NCBI RefSeq assembly: GCF_009914755.1
Contig: NC_060936.1
Origin: the human T2T-CHM13v2.0 reference genome, Homo sapiens
Direction: 5' to 3' (one strand)
DNA length: 64,000 nt
Shown here: piece after piece, positions 27,338-39,465 of the stretch
Layout of the letters: the number at the start of each line of letters is the position of its first letter
Numbering within the stretch: position 1 is the first letter of the stretch
Program-made: the position numbers and the translations under genes
The notes under the pieces: generated by a model
What the model was told of the DNA's origin: nothing
Databases searched by the model: none
What the model saw: the letters and a program-made list of their open reading frames with translations, nothing else

Positions 27338-27487
27338 AACATTAGAATATCTTGTCTTTCATAAAAAATTATCCCAACTAACCAGCTTACTAAAATTAAC
27401 ACCCCTCTGCTTAGAAAGAAACTGTAAGTTATAGTAAAATATCTCACTTTTAAAAAGAACTTTTAATGAGTTTATTTTATTTTTATT
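27338..27487 (+). repeat. Dispersed direct repeat of about 145 bp, copy 2
   Basis: Colinear with 26094-26241, with scattered substitutions. Confidence 0.9.
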
Positions 27488-27507
27488 TAAAAAGTTTCAT
27501 GACGAGG

Positions 27508-27755
27508 ATGATGATCAACATTTTTATTATAGAAAGGCTAATACTTAGTAGCTTACATCATTTCTAATCTTTATAAAATTTCTTTATATCATTTCCAATC
27601 TTTATAACAATTCTGTGAGATAGGTTTTATTATTTTCATTTTATAGTGAGAGCGTAGTTAAATAACTTGCCCAAAGTCACATGGTTAGTAAATGGTAGCA
27701 TATCTGTCCATCTGATTCAAATCTCACATTCTTTTAGCCATATCATGATGCCTCT
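27508..27755 (-). mobile_element. MIR
   Basis: ataacaattctgtgagatagg...ttaaataacttgcccaaagtcacatggttagtaaatgg. Confidence 0.8.
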
Positions 27756-29094
27756 CAGGAAATATTGTCTGCTCTGGGCTGATTTTGCTAGATATCATAA
27801 ATGCCTGTATAGTGATTGATACACCTCTTAAATGAAGCACAAAGTACAGGAGAAGGAGACACTAATCAACATCAATAATTCAGGTACTTTAAAGTATTGT
27901 TTCCCATAATAGTTAAAATACATTTAAAAATAATGCTCATTTTACAATATTAGAATAAGATTGCCAATTTTCTTCTAAGTGAAGCTAAATTGAAAAAAAT
28001 CATGAGACAAGTTATTAGTGAATATTTAGCTGGTCATAAGCAAGTGCTTTCTTTACGACTTTTCTAATATTACATTTTTTGTATCAATTTGTAATTTCGA
28101 ACTTTTATAAAAGCAAAAGTGACACTCATAATAGGCCTTATTATTGAGATGTAGCTAAAGGTAAAAAGATAATGACCAAATCCACTAGGAGGGATTGTGT
28201 ACTCGAGGAATAGCAACCACATAATACCCCTCTAGTAATGAACATTAATTGTTTTAATCAAGCTCTAATTTGAAATCAGAATTTTAAAAAACTAATCACA
28301 TTTATTGTAGTGGATAATTTAAAGCTTTTGTTTCATTTTAAACAGATTCTCAGTGACAGATAAATCATTATTTAGGAAGAGACGAATATCATTCCTGACA
28401 TGGCAATATATTAAGTCTAAGTCTGGAAATTCCTGGACAAACATATGCCCTAAAGGAGGTATAAGCTAAAGGTCATTATTACAGAGGGCTGTTCCACAAT
28501 TTAATTAGCTTATTTTCATGTGAAAAAAGTAGTTTGGTATCCTCACAATGCATACATCAATTGGAGTTACAAATTGGCTTACGAAGGAAATAATTAAATG
28601 ACTTCATCACACAAATCAAAGCACATCTTTCTAAAATATAATTATTTATAACTGAAGGAAGGCTCTGTGAATATTTAACCTTCCATTCACCATTCTTCAC
28701 ATAGACGGTACCGTTTGTAGTGCTAAAAATACTCCATCTCTTATACACTATTTTCCAATTTGTGATATTTTTGCATAGGCATCACCTCAGATTCAGATTA
28801 AAAATGCTAATTCATTTTCTCCTACATATTTTCTGCATCATCTCTGGAGGTAGTCTTGGTAGTCTGCATTTTGGATAATTATGCATTCTGAAGTTCGAGA
28901 ATCACTGTAACAATTCCAAGGATCTTTTACTCTGATCCAAGAGAGAGAAGAGATAAAATAAAATGCAGCCAATAAAATCTGAAACTCACAGGCAATTTCT
29001 AGAGAGAATTTGAATTGACAGTAACAATTAATTATATTATTAAGGAACAAAGTATTTCATTTAAATATTTGATACTTTGTAATGATATTAATAA

Positions 29095-29335
29095 AATAGT
29101 ACTGTAAGTACACCTGTTTTGCATTCGTGCATGTCAAGCCTCATGATGGGTTCTTTACATATGCAGTATCTCAGTTCACCTTGATGACAATCCCTTGAGG
29201 TTGGTATTCCTATCTGCCCCATTTTACAGATGTAAAAAGTGAAGTTAGAAAGATTAAATCCCTTGTCCAGAAGGTGGTAAAGAATGATTAACACTCAGCT
29301 CTGTATGACTTCAAATGCTATAAGGATTCCATACT
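29095..29335 (-). mobile_element. MIR
   Basis: ccccattttacagatgtaaaaagtgaag core. Confidence 0.75.
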
Positions 29336-29764
29336 AATAACTTTAGGGAAAACGGTTTGCTATTAAAAGAAAATTGAAGCTGATTTGAATAGCACGGTAT
29401 GGTTGAACATCAAACAGATTGAAATGGAATATCTATATTTTATATGGTATTTATATAAAGTACAGGTAGCCTGATATTAAATACACATTAAATATAAATA
29501 AATATATTTTAAATTTTAAAATATTTTAAAACTTTTATGTTAAAATGCTTACAATAATAAATTATTTCCCTCACTTATAACTTCTCTCTACCAAATAAAC
29601 AAAAACATCAACAACTACACACATGCATAAATGATAATTATATCCTGTTAGATACTTCATATTCTATAGAAACGATGTCAACTTTAATGAATATATCGCC
29701 AACATAAAGCTTGGTACAACATGTGCTTTGTGCCCTTTGAGATAATTACATATATCCTTTATAT

Positions 29765-30065
29765 ATTTAGACATTTATTGAACACCCACAATTTGTTCAC
29801 CTAAAAAAGTGTATTTTTTTCCTTAAGGAACTCACAGAATCATGGGAAAACAGATATGCATAATTAAATCAGATATGTGGTAATTATTATAATTGAGGTA
29901 AGCGCAACATTATATGCAATCTCAACAAGAGTAATGGTGAACCTAAATTGAGGGACTGTGACACATTCATATATTGCACCGGACTCTGAAGAAACAGTGA
30001 GATTTTAGCACACAGAAGTAGAAAATGGGGAAAGGATGGCACAGAAAGAAAGTGTTAGAAGAAGT
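29765..30065 (-). mobile_element. L2 fragment
   Basis: acatttattgaacaccc...ccttaaggaactcacag. Confidence 0.5.
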
Positions 30066-30364
30066 GAGGACTGTACAGATGTCATAGACACTTTTTTTTT
30101 TTTTTTTTGGTCTTAAAGGAAATCTAAAATCTCCTTGAGCACAATCTGTGGTGTACCTTGTTATAGCAGGTGGGACAGTGTTGGGACAGGGGTTGAGCAA
30201 GCCAGGCACAAGACCAGCAGATCACAGCATATACATGATTAAACGAGGTCCAGATTGGGCCAGCCACATTTTCTCTGCCTTGAGTAGAGGGCTGTGAGTA
30301 CAGTTAAACTATCTAGTGATGGATGACATTGTAAAGAGACTGCCCTTCAGTGCATTCTAGTACA

Positions 30365-30650
30365 GAGATCTCCAAAGCTGCTTTGATTCCTCCAGGACTT
30401 TACGCGCAGGTCCTCTTCTCTGTGAGGCCTCTCCTCCCCATATCATTTAAACTGCACACTCTAACACTCCCTTCCCACTTCCTATGTTCCCTATTTCTCC
30501 TTAGCTTTTATCACTGCCCAGCATGCTATACATCATCCTATTTATTTTGCTATTATCTATTTTATCCTATTAGAATATAAGCTCCATGTTTCACTTCCTT
30601 GCCGTAATTTACCCAGTAACTAGAATAGAACTTTGTACATAATAGTCACG
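30365..30650 (+). mobile_element. L2 3' fragment
   Basis: tcttctctgtgaggcct...ttagaatataagctccatg...ctagaatagaactttgtacataatag. Confidence 0.6.
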
Positions 30651-33440
30651 TGAGTCAAACAAAACAAAACAAAACAAACAAACAAACAAACACAACCCTG
30701 ATATTTTTGGTTTTCTTTCAGTGTTTCTGTATCATTCTGATACATTTTTATTTTGTTTAATGTGCCCATAAGTTTCTGCTGCTTTCAACTGCAAGCCTCA
30801 ACTGAATGGTGTTTTAAAATGTATAAAATGCCTTCCAATATATTTTCTCTTCAACCTTGAGAAACATATTTACTATTTTTATTACTTTAAAAATAAACTG
30901 AACCTCGGGGAAATTCAATATTTGCATATTAACGTTTCAAGTTTAGATATAAGGCCCAAATTCATATTTCCTGCTCCTTGCATTTTGTAGTCCGCCTCAT
31001 CTAGAAAATCCCCAATATCGAGATTTGACTAAGATTCCATTTTTAATGATTATTTTACTCCAATACTTATTGATTCATATTTATATCCAATTGAAACATC
31101 TTGTTTACATTCACTTTTATGTATTCCCACAGGTTTCTCACCAGACATGGTGAACAATAATAATGTATTCAAATCAAAGAGTCTTGCTTTTGAATAGATG
31201 GAATTGAGTTTCTCTTCCATGTTCTTTTCCTCAGACTACATAATGCCTGTGATTTTCTTCATCCTTTCTTCTTAAGATCTATTTTTCACTTAGTAAATTA
31301 TATTGGCAGCATTTCATATTAAATATTTCTCTATATTTTTTGAAAATGTAATATACTAACTGGCTATATTAATAAAATTAGATTAACGCAATATTAAAAA
31401 TAAGGCTAATTTTCTAGGCCTGTGAGTGTATTTGACCCTTCTCTACAAAAGCACAAATTCTCCTACCTTTCGTTTAGCTTATAAAAAACACTATGACTGT
31501 CCCTCTCATCATTATCTACAATGGTTGATGTGCTCACACGTCCTTCAATGCATGTTTCATACTGCTACTTATTCTTTCTTATTAGATATATGTAAAAGTT
31601 AAATTTGGGGATTACTTAATAGTGCAAAATATATTAACTTTATTTCAGTTACAATATTTTACAAGGTAAAAAAAAATCTTCAAATTTGTATTACCAAATA
31701 ACATCTATTCACTTCACATATATTTTTGGAGTGTCACATATGATGAAATGTCCTGGGAATCATCATTGAATAAAATACATTTTCTTGGAATTTATGTCTG
31801 TAACATGGTACTATAATAACATTAAGCAAAGTACAATTTTCCGGGGAGTTTTTCTATTTTTTTGAGAAGTGAAATATATTTTCAATAAAAATATCACTTC
31901 CTATGTTCATTACCTAAAGAATAACCCATATTCAGTCAGTTCAACATTACTCATTGAAACCTTGAATTCCTTGCCTCCTTAATATTTCGTGGCATCTGCC
32001 AATACGTATTTCCATTTCAATTCTGTTTAGAAAGATAATCACAGAAATCTACTTAAAAGACAGCTACACATCTATGCTTCCAATTGCACCTTGACTCTCA
32101 TTGCTGCTAACATCTATTATCCCCCAAAAAGACATTATTTCCAATATTTCCCACTCTCCTGAAGCATGCAACGTCATTCCTGTGCCATTTACTTTTGGTA
32201 CAGTGATTAGGATAAAGCCATTTGATGTAAATTGTTTCAAAATGCTTTCTATCAAGTTTTATTACGTCTCTTTACCCATCTTCTCTTTTCCTTTTTTTCT
32301 TCTAAGAAAATGAAGCATTAGTCACTACAAGGTTTATGTGCTAGCTCTTAACCTCACCCTTTTCAATTTCTTCAGCATTCTCTGCCTTCTATCAATAAAT
32401 ACAGTAAAGATCAGAGAAAATACATATTTTCCTTCTTGTCATGCAAATAACCTAGAAGAATATTTAAAAATAAATATAGGATGTTTAAGATTTATTAAAA
32501 CAAATTGGCCATTGCTTTTTCCAGTAAAACATGCTAAAACAGAAACTAGCCTGTTCTCAGAACAAGGCTCTTAGCTGATGGAGTATTCTTCATAATTACC
32601 ATCACCAATGGGTTGTACTGAATGAGTGTGTCTATGTGTGCATAACACAACATGGAGACAGGGAATGGCATCCCTAAAGATCTGGAGGCCTAGGGTCCAC
32701 AGTATGTTTTAGAACTTCAAGAAGGTAAAGAAAACAAAAATTCTAGGGAATGTCTGCCATGGAGAAGCTCTGCCTAGAATGGTCCCTCAGTTCATGGCCC
32801 ATTGGCCAGCCATAAACCATGGCTGGTATGTATGTATTAATAAAATACTTCTTTACTTATGTTTTTGTAATATAATTATTTCAAAATTCCTCAAGACTTT
32901 TTAAAGAATAAAATTCTTCCTCAAATTCTTTCTCAATTGACACATTTAGAATTAACTGATTCTTTTAGCACAATATAACTGCATCTTACAATCGTCTATT
33001 AAAATATTTGTTTTAACCTCTTATGCTTTACAAAAACTGCTCCCTGAAAATATACTTCACATCTAAAGCAAGTTCTTGATAAGTGTTTCCTGAATGAAAG
33101 AACAGTGTATGCAAATATTTGAAATATATTGTTGTTAAAACATGTGATTCCTTATATATTAAATATTTAACATTAAACAAAATTGTGTTAAAACAAATAA
33201 TGTAGTCAGACAGTGATAAATTATAATGCTCGAAATACAGTTAATGTATAATATTTTATTTATGATGCCATATATCATTTAGGATTTCAAAGATGGCTTC
33301 ATTTTCAGCATCTGTGTAACATCAACCAACTACACCTATGGCTTCTTATAGTCCTATTATAACCTCAGAGCTGGATCATCTTAAAAAGAGCAGAATAATA
33401 ATGTGCCAAAGAAGACAGAAGTACAGGATAAAGTATGCTA

Positions 33441-35100
33441 CAGTTATACATCATCTAATGACTGGCTTGTGTTCTGAGAAGTGCGTAATTAGGTGATTTT
33501 GTCATGTAAACATCATGACACAATACATAAATCTAGATGGCGAGCCTACTACGCATCTAGCCTATATGGCATAGCTTACTGCTCCTAGGCCACAAACCTG
33601 TACAGCATGCTACTGTAGTGATTACTGTAGGCATTGTAATATGGTAGTAATTGTATATCTAAATATATATAAGGCCTATCTAAAACATATGGTAAATATA
33701 TAGCATAAAAGAATAAAAAGCATTATATATAATATATATATTTATTATATATAATAAATTTATTATATTTACATATTTTATAATTATAAATATAATATAA
33801 TTATATTATATAATTATATATTAATTATATTTATATATAATATATTATATATTAATTATATTTATATATAATATATTATATATTAATTATATTTATATAT
33901 AATATGTTATATATTAATTATATTTATATATAATATGTTATATATTAATTATATTTATATATAATATGTTATATATTAATTATATTTATATATAATATAT
34001 TATATATTAATTATATTTATATATAATATATTAATTATATTTATATATAATATATTATATAATTATATAATATATAAATATAATATATATAATATATAAA
34101 AGAATAAAAAGCATAAATATATAGCATAAAATAATAAAAAAGAATAAATATAGGGCACTTACCATAAATGGAGCTTGCAGGACTGCAAATTGCTCTGGGT
34201 GAATTGGTGAGTGAGTGGTTGGTGAATGTGAAGGCCTAGGACATTACTGTACACTACTGCAGGCATAGTAAACGATGTACACTTGGGCTACACTAAATTT
34301 ACAAAACATATTTTTCTTCCTTCAATGATAAATTAGCCTTAGCTTACTGTAACTGTTTTACTTTATAAACTTTAGGTTATTTTTTTCACTTTTTGACTCT
34401 TCTGTAATAACACTTAGCTTAAAACATAAACACATTGTATAGCTGGACAAAAATATTTTCTTTCTTTATATCCGTATTCTATAAGCTTCTTTTCTATTTG
34501 ATTTTTGTTTTTACTTTTTAAACTTTTAAATTAAAAATAAGACACAGACATGCACATTAGCCCAGGCCCACAGAGGCTCATGATCATCACCACCATTGTC
34601 GTCCACCTCCACATTTTGTCTTACAAGAAGGTCTTCAGGAACAATAACACCCACAGAGCTGTCACCACCTATGATAATAGTGCCTTCTTCTGGAATTCTT
34701 CCTGAAGTACCTGCCTGAGACTATTTCACAGTTAAGTTTTTTTTAATAAGTAGAAGTACACTCCAAAATATCAATTAAAATATTGTATAGTAAATGTATA
34801 ATCCAGTAACATAGAAGTTTATTATCATTATCAAGTTATTATGTACTGTACATAATTGTATGTGCTATACTTTTATATGACTTGCAGCATAGTAGGTTTG
34901 TTTACACTAGCATCACCACCAGCATGATGCATTGTGCTATGACGTTATGATGTGTATGATGTTATGATGACTATGATATTATGATGGCTATGATGTCACT
35001 TTGTGATAGGAATTTTTCAGTTGCATTGTAATCTTATAGGACCACCATTATATATGCACTTTGTCATTGACCACAATGTCATTAAGTGGTTGTATGACTG
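33441..35100 (+). mobile_element. Tigger3b (Golem-derived) DNA transposon with both ends and an internal AT-rich expansion
   Basis: TIRs cagttatacatcatctaatgac and gtcattaagtggttgtatgactg, TA TSDs at 33439-33440 and 35101-35102, and internal matches (gctcctaggccacaaacctgtacagcatg; tagggcacttaccataaatggagcttgcaggact). Confidence 0.88.
33722..34100. repeat. Almost pure A/T block containing a 31-bp minisatellite (about 7-8 copies)
   Basis: Unit ttatatattaattatatttatatataatat(a/g) repeated from about 33814 to 34055. Confidence 0.92.
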
Positions 35101-36141
35101 TATATACAAACATTACACTGTAGTTCAGAACTGTTGCTTTTGCATTAATTTTATTTTGTAGAAAACAACCAATAAATACAATGTTTTCTATGAATCATGT
35201 GTCTTTTCTTCACCAAAATAATTACAATCAAGAATATTTACGATACAATAATTAGGTTATGTCCATTGCTTCCTAGTGTCATTGTCCAGTTTTCTATTTA
35301 AAGTTGCTGAGGTTTGCTTTTTGATATAACTTAAAATATCAGTTTGTGATATTCTTTTAACATGCCAGTAATAGCATTGACTCTTTTTGACTCCCAGTGA
35401 TACAAATTTCTTTAAATCTTTACATGTTGTATGCAGCACTTAGCATACAAAGTCAGCTATTCTCTTTTAATTTGTAGATACAGTAAATTATATTTTAAAA
35501 TTAGCTAAATTCAGAAATTGGTAATTTTAATGTACATATTTATGACTATAAAACTAAGATGGTAATAAAAGTCATAACAAAGATTCAATATGGTAAACTT
35601 CAAAATGAATTATATAACACAATTTAAAAATACACAAGAAATGCATTTATAAAGAAATACAAGAACACTTTCAAAAGGATACTTAGCATTCTGAAAATTT
35701 ATATTATATAAGCACAAAATAATGTATATATTATAAGGATCTTGACAAGTCAATATATTTTACTGAGCTTCCCTAATTGATATATAAAATACTTAAAGTA
35801 GTGCCTGTGCTCACTTAACATTACATTTCTCTAAATTTAAGATAAGCCAATAAAAAGATTATTTGTAATCTTGAAATAAATTATGCTATTATTTAAAAAG
35901 TACCTTCATCATTAAAACAACAGTTAATCTTGAGTTCCATCTTTACTGGAAGTAAATACTTTTACAAGATTCCATATATATTCCATTGAGCTTTTAGAAT
36001 AACCTTATGACCTAAATATTTTTTTTATTTTCCAATGGTTTAGGAAAGTAAAAATAGAGAAATAATTTCACTTGCTTATAGTCACACTCTAGCAAACTGT
36101 AGAACCTGTTTTTGAATAATGTATTTAATTCCAATGGTCAT

Positions 36142-36523
36142 TGATATGGTTTGGATCTGCTTCCCCATCCAAATATCATCTTGAATTGTAATCCTCACAT
36201 GTAGAGGGAAGGACCTGTAATTCCCATGTGTCGAGGGAGGGGAGTGATTGGATCATGGCGGCAGTTCCTCCTATCCTGGTCTTGTGATAGTGAGTTCTCA
36301 TGAGATCTGATGGTTTTATAAATGCTTGACAGTTCTTCCTTCACACTTTCTCTCTCTTGCCTGCCACTTGTAAGACGTGCCTTCTTCCCCTTCCACCATG
36401 ATTATAAGTTTCCTGAGGCCTCTCTACCCATGTGAAACTGTGAGTTAATTAAACATCTTTTATTTATAAATTACCCAGTCTTGGGTAGTATTCTTTATAC
36501 CAGTGTGAAAATGGACTAATACA
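36142..36523 (+). mobile_element. THE1D-type MaLR solo LTR
   Basis: tgatatggtttgg start, ctcatgagatctgatggtttt core, and ttataaattacccagtcttgggta...ggactaataca end. Confidence 0.88.
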
Positions 36524-36929
36524 TTAATGTTCTTAACTATTATGAATTTTTTAGAATAATTCTTGTTATTTGTAAAGTATTTTGAAAATATAAAAGGAAA
36601 AAGCAATAAAAATGGTAGCAAAGTTAAATATGAACTAGAATTAAAAGTAAATTTGGAAGTAGAATTATGTAATTGAAATTACCCAATTTATAATAATATT
36701 GTCTGTATGTACATTTAAAGTCAAAGCACTTCTGTTTATCTGTCTACTCTAGAGAACAGAATAATATGCTATTGTGACTTTTTGATAGTTTTCCTTGGGG
36801 TAACTCTAAGATCCTTGAGTGCAGAGGCCTAGTGTTTTTCTCAACATTGTTGAAGTCTGACATAATGGTGCCTCACAACAAGGTGTGTCAAAGTTAGCAA
36901 ACTAATTTTAGTCTAAAATTTAAATATGA

Positions 36930-37200
36930 ATTCATTTATTCATTCAAAAAGCATAGAAACTTTCTATATGACAGGCATTATGCTAGGTGTCAATAAAAAT
37001 GTGACCAGTTAAGTGAAATAAATTATATGCTCTCTAGGAATTCCCAATCTAGTGGTGCAGAGAGACAAGCAAAAAACTAAGGGTAGTATAATAATGCAAT
37101 ACACATATCTTTATTATGGTAAGGAAGTATAAGAACAGGAGAATTTATCTTGAATTAAGTTTCAGGGATAATAGTCCAGGATGGGGTTGAATGGGAATAT
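36930..37200 (-). mobile_element. L2 3' fragment
   Basis: attcatttattcattcaa...caggcattatgctaggtg...ggaattcccaatctagtgg. Confidence 0.65.
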
Positions 37201-37419
37201 AAGCTTCCAGAAAGTATTTATAAAATAAAGCTAATACACACATTTAGGAGTCAGGAGTATCTAACTTTAAGTAACTTCAGGGGTAATATTCAAGGAGGGG
37301 TGATAAGGAAAACAACTTCCAAAATGTACTTACAAAGTAAACCAAGCACACACACTCAAAATAATGATAATTCTGTGTAAGTGAATGTGTCCAGCCCCAC
37401 CCTACTCCCAATCTCCTCA

Positions 37420-37850
37420 TTCTCTGCTAAAGCCATTTCATCTACTTCCATGGCTTCCTCTACCCAGTAACCAGATGTCTCCCACATTAACATCTACTAC
37501 TCAGGCAGACCTCTTTCCTGAGAGCCAAACCTGTGTTTCCAGCTGTCTAATCAATCTGTTCAAAACTGAACTTAATATATTGTTTTCCAAACGGCTCCTT
37601 CTCCATATTCATCTCTCCTTCACTAGAAATATTAAAGATAAACCTGACCTTTCCTCTTTTGCCTCTTATAATATTCAGCAACTTTATAAATTCTTTTGAA
37701 TTATATTTATTATACCTATTAAATATGTTTTACTTTCTCTTTTATTAGCTCACATCCTTGCCAACTCTAGTGTGATCTATGGACCATACCATACCACTGA
37801 AACCACTGTTTCAGTAGCTGCTTTATTGGGCTCTTTCTAACCACCTGGAC
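37420..37850 (+). mobile_element. L2 fragment
   Basis: cagacctctttcctgagagccaaacctgtgtttccagctgtct...caaaactgaactt. Confidence 0.6.
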
Positions 37851-38647
37851 TGTACTCAGTGTATTAAATACTTTATATCAAGAACTTGCCAAGTCATTTA
37901 CATACTTCCAATTTCTTTCCCCTCCAGATGATACCTGAAACATAGAGTTATTTTAGCTAGGTACAAGTGAAATACACTTGTATGCCTAAACCTGAGAATC
38001 ATAAAAGCATTTATGTGATTTTAAGGAGGTTGCACTAAATCAGAATACCAGCAATGACTATATGACACTAAGTAAAACATTCTTCTTCTTAATTTGTAAT
38101 AAAATTCATCACCTATTTACTAATCATGGTTTTGTATTAGGCAATCTGCTTGATGTCTGTGAATTAACAATGAGAATAAGGATGCAGCACCTGCCCTCAT
38201 ATAATATACAGCCTAGCTAACTTGTATTAGGTAGAGACTTCTGCAAATGGAAGAGTTATAACTTCCTATCTGGAGCCCCAAAGGCTACTCATTGATTTCT
38301 ATGGTTGCTATCACTGATATACAGAACATTCTTAAAAAAACAAAGGTGTGTATTTATGACAGATGTTTTCCTTGAGTTGCCCTTTATATCTTTCAGTGCA
38401 ATTTCAGGATATAAGTTTATTGGAAATTTGATTATAATAAATATGTATTTGCAACTAGGAAAATACTATCAGTAACGACTACATGAGGGGGTGTAGTTAA
38501 ATAAAAGCCTTAAATTTAAAAATCCAGTGAGGCAATGTTTTCAAGTTATGGAGACAAATTTCTGTAAATGTCTGCCCTAATAGGTAAACAGTATTGGAAA
38601 TTACATAGTTTAGAATACTTTTGTTGCTGCATGTAATAATTAACAGT

Positions 38648-38812
38648 TTAGGCAGCAGAATATAATGGAAAGAGCATGGATTTTTGTGTTTTATAGCTCT
38701 GGATTCAGAAAAACTATATTACTCCCTCTTTGCGTTATTAAATGCTGATTTGGGTACCTTTATGGACCTTCATTTTTTCATCTCTAAGTGGGAAATCATG
38801 ACAACTCATCTG
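38648..38812 (+). mobile_element. MIR fragment
   Basis: ggcagcagaatataatggaaagagcatgg...ttcatctctaagtggga. Confidence 0.55.
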
Positions 38813-39465
38813 CATTTTTTTTAAAAGCTACTGAATTGTTCCCTCTGTTCTCGTCCAAATCCCAACCAAGGAAACATCCAGTATTCTAACAGCAAATCCA
38901 AGCTTTTTTTCACTCCTCACTGAAAATTCTTAAACCCAAATCCAAGGTCTTAGGGATTACAGTTAAAGCTATCTTTGTATTTTGGAGGTTGCATACTTTA
39001 TTTTTAGCCATTTCCTGTCTCTAGGTTATGTTCCAGTTATTTTAAACATCTCTTGTATTATCTCTGCCATTCATAAGCATGAATGCATATAATTGGGTGA
39101 CAGAGCAAAATACTGATTCTCTCTCTTGGCTGGGAAACTCTGCCTATATTACTGGGTAATCTTGCAGCTAAGAGGTATTTTGTATCATCTGTATATTGTT
39201 ACTTTGTCTTCATTAATTTTATTTGAACACATAACACATGCCAAGCATTCTGAGAGGTATTTCCAGATGGATTTAAAATTTATCTACCATAAGAAGTTAT
39301 ATGGTCCTCCAAATAATAGAAAAATAATGGCAGACTCTTAGGTAGCAACAAAATGACAGAATGTAGAAAATCTTGTTCTTTGATGAAAAGCCAGAATTAC
39401 CTCAACCTCATTTGATTACAGAGATATGATGCTATCCATATACTAATTACCATTAGTATCTTTTT

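Noticed and set aside
33814-34055. 31-bp repeat array as a CRISPR-like locus
   Set aside because: Head-to-tail units with no spacers in eukaryotic DNA, so a minisatellite.
36137-36528. TSD for the THE1D solo LTR
   Set aside because: The flanks GTCAT and TTAAT match at only 3 of 5 bases, so no TSD is claimed.
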